Assembly (NCBI GenBank): GCA_951406725.2
Contig: OX597828.1
Location: 7,936,001 to 8,000,000 of the forward strand
Direction: 5' to 3'
From: Octopus vulgaris
Lineage: Eukaryota
DNA length: 64,000 nt
The notes beneath the pieces are model-generated. The model had not been told where the DNA came from, ran no database searches, and was given only the letters and a program-made list of their open reading frames with translations. The number at the start of each line of letters is the position of its first letter. The stretch's first letter is position 1. Positions 27,601 to 42,465 of the stretch are shown in pieces. Made by a program: the position numbers and the translations under genes.

Positions 27601-27639
27601 TTGTTATTAGTATATTTTTATTACAAGTTTTATAGGAGA

Positions 27640-28128
27640 TTCTAGATAGAGTCTTGTATGCGTAGCGGGCCTTACTACCTAAAGCCTGCGACACCATACT
27701 ATACGTTCTTTTCAGTTATCTGATACTTGCCTGGTTATTCTGGCCGTGCGAAGGAGGCAATACTTTTGTAACAGTTCTACTGGGCACTCTGTTCCAATTT
27801 TCTTTATATTCCTCGTGATGACTCCTCGTACTGTTCCCAGGGACCCAACAATTATTGGCACTATCTTCACCTTCTTCATTTTCTATAGTCGGGCTATTTC
27901 GTACTTAAGAGGGTTGTTTTTATCTATTTTTTCATCTTTCCTCTTGATTATTCATGGGTGAATCGCGCACGCAACATCAACTATATAGCACTTGTGGTGC
28001 ATCTTGTTGAACAACCGCTAGATCTGGTCTGTTATGCTCTAGCACCTGATCTGTTTGCATTGGGAAATATCAGAGGGTTTTGCTAGTGTCCGACTCCGCC
28101 AGTCTCTGCGGTTTGTACTCATACCACA

Positions 28129-28130
<2 letters not shown>
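27640..28130 (-). mobile_element. R4/Dong-clade RLE LINE 3' fragment
   Basis: Minus translation WYEYKP..QTDQVLEHNRPDLAVV..CYIVDVAC..KIVPIIVGSLGTV..LLRTARI; 5' end abuts (TTA)n. Confidence 0.85.
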
Positions 28131-28170
<40 letters not shown>

Positions 28171-28172
28171 GA

Positions 28173-28275
<103 letters not shown>

Positions 28276-28278
28276 CAT

Positions 28279-28758
28279 TGCCTTTGCACAGCTTCTAACG
28301 CTGGAGATGTACTACGGTGTCAATTGTTCACTACCAGAGAACTAAGGTAACACCTCTTACTTAACGAGCACCTTCCGGAGTATTCGAGCGGTTCCAAGCA
28401 GTGCTGTTTTCTGCAAGTGCTGCACCCTCGAAGATTTTGCTCACTGTTCTCAGGGTTCCGACAATTATTGGTACTACTGCTACCTTTTCCATCGACCACG
28501 ACTGCTTAACTTCCCAAGCTAACCTGTCATATCTCTCGAATTTTCTTTCTTTCTTCCTTATCGCATAGCTTGTTGTCAGCTGGGCATGCTATATCTATGA
28601 TCCAGCATAGTCGCACTGATTCATGGTCGTACTGAATCATAAAATTCCATAGGATTTTTTCATTTCTATTTTCGACGATGCCTTCAGGTTTGTGGACGTA
28701 CCAATTTTTTGCTCTGTTAAGTTCATACTTGTTGCAGAGTGTCCAATGGACAAGCCTG

Positions 28759-28760
<2 letters not shown>
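28279..28760 (-). mobile_element. R4/Dong-clade RLE LINE 3' fragment
   Basis: RLVHWTLCNKYEL..WYVHKPEGIVEN..KILWNFMIQ..CWIIDIACPAD..LQKTALLGTARILRKVL; (TTA)n on both sides. Confidence 0.9.
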
Positions 28761-28851
<91 letters not shown>

Positions 28852-28853
<2 letters not shown>

Positions 28854-29192
28854 GTGGCGAGCTGACAGAATCGCTAAGATGCCGATCAAACTGCTTAGTG
28901 GTATTTCGTCTGTAGCTACGTTCTGAGTTCAAATTCCGCCGAGGTCGACTTTGCCCTTCATCCTTTCGGGGTCGATTAAATAAGTACCAGTTATGCACTG
29001 GAGTCGATATAATCGACTTAATCTGTTTGTCTGTCCTTGTTTGTCCCCTCTGTGTGTAGCCCCTCATTACGTTTTTTGAGTTCAAAATCCACTGACGTCG
29101 ACATTGCCTTTCATCCTTCGAAGTCGATAGCTTAAGTACCAATGGAACACTGTTCCTTACACAAAATTTCAGGCCGTGTACCTATAGTAGAA
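28852..29192 (+). mobile_element. SINE family A copy plus fragment, between (TTA)n arrays
   Basis: ggcgagctgacagaatcg head and core; second partial unit runs into (ATT)n. Confidence 0.85.
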
Positions 29193-29257
<65 letters not shown>

Positions 29258-29299
29258 TACTACTACTACTATTATTATTATTATTGTTATTATTATTAC

Positions 29300-30062
29300 G
29301 GGAGTTTGTACTGCCTGTTAATTCACAAAAAGGACCTCAGAGAAAGAGTACTTTACGCAATATGTGTCCAAGTAAAACGGATTTTTCCAATGGATCTAAA
29401 GTTTCCAGGTGTCTTTTCGGGTTGGGTGGTATTGAGCTCAATGCTCCGATGACAACTAGGATAACCTTTATGTTTGACTCTCGCAGCTGCCACATTTTGA
29501 TTCTCAGGTCTCCGTATTTATCAATCATTTCTCTTTCTTTCATGATGATATTTTCATCTCCTGGCACTGCCACGTCAATTATTAGGCACTCTTGTTTGTC
29601 CCTCCTAAAGGTTTCTATATCCTGCCGTCGGTGCTCTAATAGCTTGTCTATCTGGATGTCAAAAGTCGCAAACAATCTTTGCTTTCCCCTTTTCGTCCAT
29701 TATCTTTTCCGGTGTATGTTGGTACCAAACACCCATCACTTCCTATCCATACTTCCGGCATAGTAACCAGTGCATATTTTTTGGGCTACTTTGTCGTTTT
29801 TGCACTTGAACTCTTTCTGCGCAAGACTTTCACACGCACTAACATGTGAGTTACACTATCGACCCTCTTTCCGCACATTCTGCAGAGATTCGTTGCACTG
29901 GTGTGGTATATATCCCTTTTCACTGAGTTGGTATTCAATGCCTGATCCTCGGCAGCAATGATCAGGCTTTCAGTCATCATTTTTAGGTCACCCTTGCCGA
30001 GCCACCTCCATGATGCTTCTTGCTCTTTTAAATTCTTAGTTTCACGGTAAAACTGACTACGT
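29300..30062 (-). mobile_element. R4/Dong-clade RLE LINE 3' fragment
   Basis: ORF-track peptides TESLIIAAEDQALNTN..LCRMCGKRVDSVTH (zinc knuckle) and EHRRQDI..CLIIDVAVPGD..KYGDL..VVIGAL..VLLGHILRKVL; (TTA)n on both sides. Confidence 0.9.
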
Positions 30063-30063
30063 A

Positions 30064-30219
<156 letters not shown>

Positions 30220-30836
30220 GCTATGTTGCGGTTATTGGTTAAATCACGGTCATCCCTGGTTCAGCAGGACCCAGGGCAAAGTCGTTGTAACCGTGCCCAA
30301 CTCTTGGTCGGTGTTTCTGGGATTCGATAGTCGTCAGCCAACTTTACTCTCAAGAATCCCGAAGAGTGTGTTTCCTTAAATTTTCCGCTGTTTCTAACAA
30401 GTGATGTGGTTATGTATATGTCAAGTTAGTGTTCGGGTTCTTGTATATAACCCGAAGAGGTAATAAATTTGAGTTTGTTGCCCTAGTGACGTTGAGGATG
30501 CTCCTAACTTGATGGTGACCTTGGTTGTATCGGTGTTGTTGTTACTGTTGTTACTGTTGTTATTGTTGTTGTTGTACTTGTGGCGGTCGCGTGGTGTTGT
30601 ATTTGTATCTGTTGCACTGTTCCTGTCGATTTCTGTTGCGTGGCTATGTTTCTAGTAAGTGTAATGATTTATCACATCGTTAGAGATATTTTGTTGTTGT
30701 TGCTGTTATGATGATGATGATGATGGTGATTCATTGTGTTGCTATTAACTATTAGTGTTCGTGTTGCTTGTGTTGCTGGTGTGATGTTGGTGGTGATAAA
30801 GATTTGCATTTTTAGATGATTGTATATATATGTATA

Positions 30837-30904
<68 letters not shown>

Positions 30905-31303
30905 CACACATATATATAAATATATAGTTACATATAAGTGTGTGTGTCTGTGTTATACATACAGGTATATGTGCCTCTGTGTGTGCACATATATTTTCTG
31001 GTAAAAGAAAATAAGTAAAAACGATAAATAAATAATACATATATATATTTAAAAAAAAGAAAGAAGACAAGACAAAGAGAATAGAAAGTGATAAAAGGCG
31101 TAAAGAATGAATGACGCTACGTATCAAAGGAAATAATTGATGTTCTAACTCCCCTGAACTTACAAAATAATTATTAGGTTAGTCACATTGAGACAAACAG
31201 CAAGAAACTGTCCTTTTTTGAAGTAATTCCGCTGAGACTCGCCTTCCATGATTGTTTTGCTGTATTATAATAGATGTTTCACACCTAAACATTCCATCAA
31301 CAC

Positions 31304-31339
<36 letters not shown>

Positions 31340-31693
31340 ACAAACATATATACGTAGTTATATACATGTTTAATATACTATACGTATAGTCATATATAAT
31401 ATTTGTTCTTTTTTTCCTCTTACTTGTATGTATGTATGTAAAAATCCTATACATCAAAAAAATGTATACATATACACACACGCAAAAAAACAATGTAGAA
31501 TTACAAAAAACAGAAAATATAAAGAATGTAGACACGGATACGCATATATACACACAAATACGCACACACACTCTCACACACAGAGGTATATATTAGTATT
31601 AGAGACACGTACATACACACGTATATATCCATCGACTTGCAGAAATTACTTATCAATCCTCAGAAATACACGCACAATATACACACACACACC

Positions 31694-31844
<151 letters not shown>

Positions 31845-31910
31845 ACAGGATTGAACAGGGTGATGGGAAGAAAAAAAGAGATCGTGGAAAAGAGAAACAA
31901 ATCATATTTT

Positions 31911-31952
<42 letters not shown>

Positions 31953-32388
31953 AAGACATACAGGAAGAGATAAGGAGATGGGGAGAGAGAGAAAGAGAGA
32001 CAGTCAGAAAAAGGTATGTCTAAGTTCGGTTTACATGTCTCCTTCATAGCAACATTCAGCTATGGGCTCGTACCTACTACTAGGTGTTTTTGAAGCAGGT
32101 ATATGATTGTATTTATATGTTAGTCTATCTAACGACAAGGGCTAATTTTTATGGCATGTAAATTAAAGACTCAGCAAACAGGGGTTAATGTAGCTACAAA
32201 TAACAAACTTTATCATGAGTAGTTATTAACTAAAATACTTGAGGACAGTTGCCCTGCATAACCGCTGTCTAATGATGGAAATTTTAAATAATGAAAACCA
32301 TATATGCATATATCTAAGATTTTAAGGACTAATTTTTATCCTAACCTTATCATGGTCAATCCTCATCGGGATATATTGTTACTATATA

Positions 32389-33561
32389 CATAGGTTGGAC
32401 AAAATAATAGAAACACCTTAAAATTTCAAACAAATATATTTTAATATGGAGTAGAACCGCCTGTGGCAGTAATTACAGCTTAAATTCTATGAGATATGGA
32501 CTCGTACAAAGTTTGAATTATTTCCAAAGGATTTTTGTTCATTCTTCAGCTAAAACAGCCTCCAGTTCTTGTAGTAATGATGATGGAGGATATCGACTTC
32601 TTACTTGTTTTTCTAAAATGCACTATAAATTTTCAATAATATTGAGATCTGGGGACTATGTTGGCTAGATAAGATTTTCAACTTCAATAGAATTTGTGCC
32701 AGTTAGCTGTGTGAATTGGCGCATTATCATCCTGAAAGATGGAGTTTCCCCCCGGAAACAGCTCCACAACCATAGGATGAATTTGATCAGATAAAATGCT
32801 TAAATAGTCTTCACTATTAATTCTGCTATGAAGGGAAACTATTGGGCCAGCGGATTTTCAAGATATATCCCCATAGATCATCACAGATCTTCTTCCATGT
32901 TTAGCAGTTGGAAGAAGGCAGTCTGGATCAAATGCTTCTTTTGGCTGTCTCTACACGAATACTCGATCTATGGTTGGAAATAAAGAGAAGGATGACTCGT
33001 CCGAGAAAATAACATTCTTCCACTTCGCTAGGGACCAATTCCGTAAGCTTTTACTCCACTCTAAACACTTTGCAACATTTGTTTTTGAAAGTAGTGGTTT
33101 TCTGATTGCAGCCCTCCCGTGAAGTCCGGCTTTGTACAGCTCCCAGGGAACAGTTTTTATGGAAACTGGGATCTCGAGGTAGTCCTTAAGCTCTGCAGTA
33201 GTTTTGGGAGCTGTACTTTTGTGATCCTTTCTAACAATTCGCGTAAGAGTCCGACGGTCCTATCTGAAAGTTTTGGTTTTCTTCCGGAGTTTTGTTTCAA
33301 TGAGGAGGTTTTTCTCTATTTCTCAAATGCTGTCATTACTTTCCAGCACCAACAATCTGACCTCTTTGAAAGTCCGATAGATATGAATTTTAATGAATTT
33401 TAATTCCCTATTTCTGATGATATCTGAAAAGAAACAGCAATTTTAGCAAAGCATATTAAGCAACACTAATAATAAATAAAAAAACATAAAAATAAACAAG
33501 CTTTTGACGGGTTTATAGATATTTCATAATTATAATGCTATGATGCTGGTGTTTCCATTAT
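32389..33561 (-). mobile_element. Decayed Tc1-family (DD34E-type) transposon
   Basis: Minus translation LSDFQRGQIVGA, SGRKPKLS, VIFSDESSF, IFQDDNAPIHTA, SPDLNIIENL with in-frame stops; TIR ggttggacaaaataatagaaacacc after TA at left, partial ggtgtttccattat at right. Confidence 0.9.
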
Positions 33562-33587
33562 ATGAGTGTGTGTGTGTTTATGTTTAA

Positions 33588-33618
<31 letters not shown>

Positions 33619-33752
33619 TGTATGTATGTATGTATGTATGTATGTATCTATCTATTTATCTATCTATATATGTATCTATGTAACTATCTATCTATGTATC
33701 TATGTATCTATCTATCTGTCTATCTATCTATATATCTATCTATCTATCTATC

Positions 33753-33789
<37 letters not shown>

Positions 33790-33850
33790 ATGTGTGTGTG
33801 TGTGTATGTGCGTACATATATGTGTATGTGTGTGTATGTCCTGTTTATGC

Positions 33851-33920
<70 letters not shown>

Positions 33921-34504
33921 GGACATACACACACATACACATATATGTACGCACACACATAGAGGAAAAATAGTGGATAGATAGATAGAGAGAAAGGGAG
34001 ACGGAGAGAAGCAGATAAATAAATAGACTAAATGTGCCGAGGGAATCTCTCGACTTGATCAGTAACCAGATTAGATAATTCTTAAGATGTTGATTTTAGG
34101 TAAGCAAAACTTTTCTGAACGAATTGTAATTTGTCTTTTAATTTGGAAAAGAAATCTAGTCCAATGCAATTAGCAATTGCAGTTGCTGAGATAATTTCAA
34201 GAAATAAAGAAGTAATTACTCGGAAAATTTAATGATTATATGTAGTTAGTAAAACCATTTGATGTTTCTTAGCAGGAAAAATGGGAGCAACGGAAATGAT
34301 TTGCTTTTGTTAGACCTGAAAGTAATAGGTATATCTGGGAAAGTGAACAACTAGAAAACGACTCTTAATTCGCAAGTCCCCTTTTAAATTATCTTATGTT
34401 CTCTCCGTTATCAGAAAAAAAATTATGATGTCGAAGACACTTTCTCCTTATCACTGGTGAATGAATTAAATTATGTTTCGACTTACTTTCACTTTGATAT
34501 CTAC

Positions 34505-34604
<100 letters not shown>

Positions 34605-34619
34605 ATATATATATATTTA

Positions 34620-35050
34620 TCTTTGCCCATTACCTCCCGAACGACAACACGTGCCTCTACTGTCTCCTCTCTAAGTTCATCTTCCTAGCGTTCATAATAA
34701 TTTTTCTATCGTCTTGGCTTAACAGCCCTCACCGTTTGTTTTTACCGTTTTGTTCTCACTGTCCTGTTCTTGTTACCACTTTCATCCTCCACAAAAAATC
34801 CCAAATTTTATTTAATTTGCTTTGCGAGAAGGACTGTTTCAACGAAGTCGCGTATTATCCTTGCCTTCGAACGCGGATTAGATGAAACAGGCATAACTGA
34901 TGAAGGGGAATATTCTTTATGTTGCATGTCTCGTTTCTCTGCTTGTGTTTTACGTTGTTCGAAAAAAATTTCGTTTCTTTGTTTTTGTTTTTATGTTTTC
35001 GTTTCTCATTGTGTTCAACGTTTTTTAATGTCCTGTACCCATATATGCAT
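34620..35050. repeat. Unclassified (TA)n-embedded interspersed repeat, copy 1
   Basis: Reverse-complement homolog of 41105-41476 over about 350 bp. Confidence 0.8.
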
Positions 35051-35080
35051 GTATATATACATATATATGTAGGTATGTAC

Positions 35081-35130
<50 letters not shown>

Positions 35131-35993
35131 GTATGTGTGCTTGTGTCGGTTTATGTATGTATGTACGCATGTATGTATATATATATATATGTATACCCAC
35201 ACATACACACACACACACACATACACACGCATATATGTATATGGCTAATGAGAGACTGAAGAAGGAAGATACGAGAAATTTTATTAATCACTACGATTGT
35301 TTCGACCCATCTGGCATATACATGTCAACACGTTCTGGTGTTTGAGATTTTGTAATTTACTCATTTGGAGTTGATTCCATTTGCAACCGGACATCTTTTA
35401 AACATTTATAGAAGCAGAGATATTTTCAAGAAAACAAGTGTGTTTACTTGTATAGTATTTAATATGCATCAAGTCGTTAGGACACTGGCCACTCTGAATT
35501 GTTTCATCCAACACTTCTTAATTCGGCTCTGATGAATGAATTAATTTCCGCTTGTCCAAGCATTTCTCACATCATTGAATATACCATTTACTGTTGTAAT
35601 ATACGGACAACAAGTTCATGGTGGCTCAGAAAAAAGACTTGGTATCCGGTGCTGATGATGCACAACCACTCAAAAACGCATGTCTTGTTGTCCAGTGATG
35701 TCATTCATAGCAAGATGGTGGGTATTTCTTCCTACACAAAATGTCTATAATAAGAATGTTTTCTCTCGAGACAGTTTCTGCGATGTATGTCTTTCTATCT
35801 CCAAGTATACGCGAACATTTTAAGTATGACTGTACTCACCTATCTAATGATATAATATAATGGAACATATATATCATATTTGCAAATTTATATACGTATA
35901 TGCAGATACACATACACAAATACACGCACTTACATATATATTGATTGATAGATTATGTGTATGTATACATATGTATATATATATGTATATATG

Positions 35994-36035
<42 letters not shown>

Positions 36036-37182
36036 TGTGTGTGTATGTATGTATGTATACAAAATCATACACACTAACACGTAGTATTTTCCGTCTATAT
36101 GTTACAGTATAAAGTAAGCAGTCAGTTTATTGTCGCCTTGTCTTCTACTCACATATAATACAAATGTCTGGTCACTATTGCCAAATTTTTGAAATTGTTC
36201 TTCCGCTGCATCTTTTAATGTCTTTTCATGCCGATCCCCCGAGAAACAAATTCATGAATCTGAAATTTTCATTTTTTCCAATATCCAATATATATTATCG
36301 TAGATTTAATTTATTATCTTCAAGGCGTCTATAGGAAATTAGTAATTTTTATAAATGTTCTAATCCTAATCAGTCAAAGTACCAAATATTGGAATGTCAA
36401 TCAATCATTGTGGATGAAGTAATTATTTTTCGTCTGATAATGTTCAGCCAGTGGCAACTTTAAACGTCTATTTTAAAGTTTCTGAGCAAGCATTTATTTC
36501 TCCCTCCCGCCACTTATTATAAATACATAGACCTGTTATATCTGTGGACAGTGTCTCATCCCTTGAAGGCGATCGGAATGTTTAGTCAATTTCCTGTGCT
36601 TCAGTTGATATTACGAATACCTAAACTTTTCAACGATGCCAACATCCCACCTCACGGCTAGTAGCTCTGACAACCTTATACTTGAAGATTTTTCTAGTGG
36701 TCTGACTAGATACATACATATATACAAACGCTATTTTACGCACATAAAGATACAGACAAATTTAGTATATATTTAGTTATACAGAATAATGCCAACGCAC
36801 ACAGATTTATACATATGTGTGAGTAGTTAGAAATATTCGCAAGTCACACACGAAGACATGAGCTCTCGACTTTGAAGAAGAAATATGTGCCCAAGCATAT
36901 ACGCGCACATTCATACGTAGGCCACATGTATTTATATGTGCATGTGCGTGTGTGCGCGCATTTGTGTGTGCATGTGTGTGTCTGTGAGTGTGCTTTATGA
37001 AATCATCATATTTTTCATTTTTTTCTTTTTTTAAAAATGCACAATGATTGTGACTATTATTACCTCTTTGGTCTCTAATGATTTAATTGTTAGTAAGAAG
37101 TTCTGTTCATGATTTTGGACTTCTGTTTTATTGTTTCTTAATTATTGGTTTAGCTTCTGTCATGTTTTCTTTTTTTGTATAT

Positions 37183-37330
37183 TCTTTTCTACTCTAAACC
37201 CAAGGCCCGAAATTTTGGGGGAGGGGACCAGTCGATTAGATCGACCCCAGTGCGTAACAGGTACTTAATTTATCGGGCCCGAAAGAATGAAAGGCTAAAT
37301 CGACCTCGGCGGAATTTGAACTCACAACGT
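37183..37330 (-). mobile_element. SINE family A, 3' part
   Basis: caaggcccgaaattttgggg…cgacctcggcggaatttgaactc. Confidence 0.85.
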
Positions 37331-38564
37331 CAATTATTTTTGTATATTTGTGTGTATGAGAGACTTTCTCTATCGTATGGGGAGTGCGCGCGCGTACGAA
37401 TGTAAGAACTGCTCTGATTGTGTGTGCTGGTGGATGAGGCTGCAAGACCTGATGAAGTGAAATGTGATAGTAGATATGTTAATATATGTATTGAAGTATA
37501 TGTCCGGATGTGGCTGTCGTGTTGCTTCTTTTATGCTGTAATGCTTTTATCCGTCATCTTCAGACAACAATTATAACAGTAAGCAGTTTCATTGACCTCG
37601 AAACATCTTGCAGTTTCCAATTAATTAGTTTGAGAGGCATTATAAAATCACTACAGCTTCAGTGCAAGGATACTGCCATGTTTTTCAGTTCTTCACGCCA
37701 GTACGCTCGTATTAGGTCAGGAACAAATAGCACTTATCATCTTGCTGCCGTTAACATTACCAGTAGTGATATAATAAGAGTCTAATCAATTCTCTAACAC
37801 GATATTTGATTTGACTTTCCGTTTGATAAAAGCTCACTCAAAGTGATTTGAGCTTCCTCAAGGTCAAAATTGCGTTGCTGGACAGATCTGGGATACTTAT
37901 GCCCAACTAATGACATATTTGTCAGGAAACACACCTCCAGGTTTTACGTGACATGCGATGAATTTGAAAAACAGACTTTCTTTTAACATTATGTTATAAA
38001 AATTTTATTCATAAACATTCACCTGAAACTGAACTACGCATACACATGTCAGTGACAGTGAAATTACAAAATTATTAACGAAATTAATATTTCGAAAAGT
38101 CGGACTGAAAAGTTTCAGCATCGCTGACATATGAAGAGTTATTACGCATTGAATGCATTTTATCCCACCACAAATCACCCAGTTGACTTAATCAGGATAT
38201 CATATAAAATTTAGTTTTAGTTCTAATAATGTTTTTTACATCTTATCTAGGAATGAAAAGCAGCATTTATGAACTCCAGAAACAGTACTGGACAATATTT
38301 TTCTGCATAAAGTCAACTAAGATATAAAATAAACATCAAGAGATAAAATATGGTAACGAAAGAATGTGAAAGGCAGTTGTTGAGGGAGATTGGTCGTTGT
38401 TTGTCTGAAGCCAACTTATTCAGAGGAGCAATTTTCTTGGAAAGAACGTGGTTTCATATAATGCATTAGGTCATCGAATGAACCTCTGTGCAGTTGTTAG
38501 ATCTGTTAGATAGAGTAGTCAAGATTCTCTGAAATCAAATACTCGTCTCTTAAAGGGAAGATAC

Positions 38565-38938
38565 ACTCTTTTACTATTTTACTTGCTGGAGAACCGCCTT
38601 TAGTCGAGCAAGTCGACACCAGGACTTGTTCTTTGTAAGCCTAGTACTTATTCTATCGGTCTCTTTTGCCGAACCGCTAAGTTACAGGGATATAAACACA
38701 CCAGTATCGGTTGTAAAGCGACGGTGGGGAGACAAACACAGACCCCCCCATATATATATATATATATATATATATATGACAGGCTTCTTTCAGTTTCCAT
38801 CTACCAAATTCCACTAACAAGGCTTTGGTCGGCCCGGGGCTATAGTAGCAGACACTCGCCCAAAGTGACACGCAGAAGGACTGAACCCGGAACCATGTGG
38901 TTGGTTAGCAAGCTACTTACCACACAGCCACTCCTGTG
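38565..38938 (-). mobile_element. SINE family B
   Basis: Reverse match including head and internal (TA)n. Confidence 0.9.
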
Positions 38939-39079
38939 CCCAAACTGAAAAAATATACATTCATATACACTAAGTTAGAAAACAAGCTGTTATGGCTGTT
39001 GCCTATTTACATGAAGGGAACTATTTTAAGGCAAAAGCCATCATCCCAACACATATACATAGATATTTAAGTAAAACTC

Positions 39080-39131
<52 letters not shown>

Positions 39132-39144
39132 AGAAAGAGAGAGA

Positions 39145-39320
39145 AGGTACATAACCTAAGTGTCAGGGTGTTGCACTCATAATCGCAAGATCGTGGTTTC
39201 GTAGACCAGACCGGCGACGCGCTGTGTTCTTGAGCAGGACGTTTCCTTTCACGGTACCCAAGTACACTCAGTTGTCAATGAATAGTCCTGCGACCACTGG
39301 CATTCCCTTAAGGGTGAGGT
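39145..39320 (+). mobile_element. Diverged tRNA-derived SINE (C-like head, D-like body)
   Basis: gatcgtggtttcg…agaccggcgacgcgctgtgttcttgagcaggac…cactcag…cctgcgaccactggcattcc. Confidence 0.55.
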
Positions 39321-39459
39321 GCTAGCCTTCCTGTGTAGACAATAGCTTTGTCCCATTCAAAGTGCCAGAACACTGCAGTGAAATACTTTTCTACCAGCAG
39401 TAGCTGATTTGTCTTGTCGGTACAATGATATATCGATAAATACATCTGACAATATAAAT

Positions 39460-39504
<45 letters not shown>

Positions 39505-40132
39505 CACACACGAATACACACACTCTCTTTCTCTCTCTCTCTCTCACACACACACACACGCTCTCACGTATATTCTTAAACAGAGACCCTCGTACACATA
39601 TACACACGTAGACAAATTAACTTACTTACTCACATGGACGCATCGTGGCCAAAGGGTTTAAAAGATTACTTCACATTCAATGAGTTCCCTACTTCGGTAC
39701 TACAGTGTATCATCTTGGGCAAATAAATTTTACCAAATTTTTTGAACGACGCCGTTTTTCTGCTTAAAATTGGAAACCCGACAACCCGTCGAATGGGTTA
39801 CAATTGTAACTCTGAATTCCATTCTTGTGACATCTTGTATTGCACTCTTGTATTATATTCTGCTTGAAAATAATCTCGAGCACACGTCGGCTTGTTGAAT
39901 ATTCATATGATTTAGACGCTTATATGATGAGCGGATATTTAAATAAATCAATCAAACCACTGGATAGTCATCGTCGAAATCGACGATATTCCGCTTACTT
40001 TTTTATTTATATAGAAGTGTGTGTTTGCATGACTGTGAGTATGTGAATGTGTTTGTTTCTGTGTGTCTGGGTATGTGTGTATGTGCGTGTGTGTATATGT
40101 AGGTATTCATATATATGTATATATATGAGTGT

Positions 40133-40181
<49 letters not shown>

Positions 40182-40862
40182 CATACACATATACATATAT
40201 GTATGTGTGTGTGTGTACATGGGTTAATGTACCTTTCTTTTTCCTGTCCTCTCTGTCTGTCTCTCTCTCTCTTACTCTCTGCTTCTCACTCTACGCATAC
40301 ACAAGCTCACGGACACACATGCAGACGTTTAAGTTATTTTGTCATTCATACAAATGCCTCAGTGGTAGGAACATTGCAATGATACGCTGTATTAAATATT
40401 TTCCATATGTGTTTGACGTTCATCATAACACAGAACCATCTGCTGAATGTATGCTGACTAGAACATTTCCGAAACTAATTCCTGAGATTTGACGGCAAGA
40501 ATTTGCTTTTTAGTAACACACTTGGACAAATGACTCTCCGAAGTCTAAACTCCATACACTTCCTCTACTGGATGTGTTACAGAAGAAATCTACGTAAATA
40601 GTAATATATCACATTTTCCCGTCCCTCTCTGTCTTCATTCTCTCTTTCTTTCTACATCATCCTCACATTTCCTTATTTTCCATCTCACACACCTTCTCTC
40701 GCTCTCTCTAACTCTCTCTCAGTATATATATATGCGAATAAATTCTTCGTCCCACATTTTCATTCTAGCTCCCTCCCTCTCTCTCACCTACTCCCTCAGT
40801 CACACTCTGCTGCACACGAATAAAGACAAAGAGACAAATGTATAAACATGTAAATATAAGTC

Positions 40863-40936
<74 letters not shown>

Positions 40937-41104
40937 GGGTTACTGCGTATGTGATTATTGCGTGTTTTAGCACGTGCATGCTTAGAAGTCTGTGGAAATA
41001 TATACGTATGCATGTATGTGTCTATGTGCGTACATGCGTATGTTATGGATCTCTCTCTATATATATATAAATATATATAATATAAATAATATATAAAAAT
41101 ATGC

Positions 41105-41472
41105 ATATATACACACATATATGTACATACATGCATATATGGGTACAGGACATCAAAAGAAACGTTGAACACAATGAGCAGCGAATACAGAAAAACAAAA
41201 ACATAGAAAAGAACTGTTTTTTGAACGACGAAAAAAAACAAACAAAGAAACGAGACATACAAAATAAAGAATATTACCCTTCTTCAGTTGTCCCTGTTTC
41301 ATCTACTCCGCGTTCGAGGTCAAGGACAAGACGCAACTTCGTTGAAACAATCCTTCCCGCAAAGCAAATTGAATAAAATTAGGGATTTTTTGCGGAGGGT
41401 GAAAATGGTAAGAAGAACAGGACAGTGAGAACAAAACAGTAAAAACAAACAGTGAAATCTGTTAAGCCAAGA

Positions 41473-41476
<4 letters not shown>
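41105..41476. repeat. Unclassified (TA)n-embedded interspersed repeat, copy 2 (inverted)
   Basis: Reverse complement of about 34700-35050. Confidence 0.8.
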
Positions 41477-41519
<43 letters not shown>

Positions 41520-41561
41520 TATATATGTATGTATGTATGTATATGTATATATAAGTATCTG

Positions 41562-41684
<123 letters not shown>

Positions 41685-41689
41685 GTATA

Positions 41690-41751
<62 letters not shown>

Positions 41752-42054
41752 AGTATATAGATAAGGTATAAATATATTTCCTGCATGCATTAATAAACAG
41801 AGCGTCACTGCTGCATATACCACGTGGTTTGCCTTCCTCAGCGCGGTTATGCATGTTTATTAAACGTATTCATCAACATTATTTCAAGGAATAAATTAAT
41901 ATGCAAATGACTATCGGCAGTGCCTGTTTATCATTGCAGTTCGTACAAGTTGCTCTAGTTTTCTCTCCCTCCCTCATTCCCTCCGTCTTTTCCTCTATGT
42001 GTATGTGTGTGCGTGAGCGCGTGCGCTTGCCGTGGATAAAGGGAATACGCTTAT

Positions 42055-42229
42055 TGTGGCTCCGTGGTAAGCAGCTTGCTTCTCAATCACATGGTTCCGG
42101 GTTCAGTCCCGCTCCTTGGCACTTTGGTCAAGTGTCTTCTCGGCCCGACGAAAGCGTTGTGAGTGGATTTGGAAGAGAGAAACTGAAAGACGCCCCACGT
42201 ACACACACATGTGTCTGTGCGTGACTGTA

Positions 42230-42262
<33 letters not shown>

Positions 42263-42465
42263 GTTTATTTGTGTCTGCGCTTGTCCCTCATAATCGCTTT
42301 TCAACTGGTGTTGCTTTGTTTACATCCACGTAACATAGCGACGCGGTAAAAAGTATCGGGCTTAAAAGAAAAAAAAAACAGGTAATGGTATCGATTCAGG
42401 GACTAAAAGTTCTTGAAGGCAATGCTCGGCATGGCTGCAGTCCAATGACTGAAACATTTAAACGA
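42055..42465 (+). mobile_element. SINE family B, diverged
   Basis: gtggtaagcagcttgct…catggttccgggttcagtccc head; gcatggctgcagtccaatgactgaaac tail. Confidence 0.8.

Noticed and set aside
35291-35310. Minus-strand GAAAC-AATC-GTA hammerhead-like half
   Set aside because: No matching CUGANGA found at a plausible distance
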